This document shows positions 63,992-64,000 of a stretch of DNA of 64,000 bases, piece by piece. This stretch comes from an uncultured Solirubrobacterales bacterium. GTDB lineage: Bacteria; Actinomycetota; Thermoleophilia; Solirubrobacterales; 70-9. The notes below the pieces were generated by a model that saw only the letters and a program-made list of their open reading frames with translations, was not told the origin of the DNA and ran no database searches. Location: NCBI GenBank assembly GCA_963826475.1, contig CAWGXC010000002.1, forward strand, positions 72,541-136,540. The letters run 5' to 3'. How positions within the stretch are numbered: position 1 is the stretch's first letter; the number at the start of each line of letters is the position of its first letter. A program made the position numbers and the translations under genes.

Positions 63992-64000
63992 TCGGGTTTG

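Overview
This is a very GC-rich, gene-dense chromosomal segment; third codon positions are almost uniformly G/C. The gene content looks like an Actinomycetota-type bacterium (fused PafBC, Lhr, PAC2, WS/DGAT, PPOX/F420-type enzyme, Ppm1, OtsB, leaderless-style promoters). I cannot assign a genus. I support about 60 CDS on both strands, many joined by 1-4 nt start/stop overlaps.

Recognisable blocks, in order:
- A YhaM-like HD nuclease (5' end cut by the window), a fused pafBC and an MBL hydrolase.
- A PPOX-type enzyme coupled to a secreted copper protein.
- The rmlA-rmlD-rmlB-rmlC dTDP-rhamnose operon.
- A Lys/Ala/Thr-rich basic protein followed by lhr, then an M23 peptidase.
- An AI-2E permease / GNAT / flippase-like operon.
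- An ABC-2 exporter plus nei, then crp/fnr, pcm, ASCH and SRPBCC genes.
- A DUF2254-like membrane protein divergent from a LAL-type LuxR regulator.
- CIRCE-controlled groES-groEL.
- WS/DGAT, an SDR, fdxA, PAP2 and mrp/apbC.
- A second basic protein, then an IMPase and a Zn-protease.
- A degenerate UvrD/AddB-like helicase-nuclease.
- PAC2 plus a second YhaM-like gene.
- arfB, a split TauE, otsB, polX, ppm1 and trxA.
- ileS, fumC, a cupin, msrA and a gabD-like ALDH.
- SpoIID/LytB and an SLT+M15 wall hydrolase.

I saw no rRNA, tRNA, CRISPR array, transposase, integrase or phage genes, and no obvious defence island. The window reads as core chromosome.

The items most worth a second look are:
1. 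The PPOX / His-rich / amicyanin-like copper protein pair.
2. An orphan helicase-nuclease with a Walker-A Lys-to-Arg change.
3. A terminator-bounded C-rich candidate sRNA or attenuator upstream of mrp.
4. A split MprF-like GNAT + flippase + AI-2E operon.
5. A TauE/TSUP transporter encoded as two 4-TM half genes.
6. Two YhaM-like paralogs next to proteasome-accessory genes.

None of these is shown to be novel. All function calls rest on motifs read by eye from the supplied translations and the DNA.
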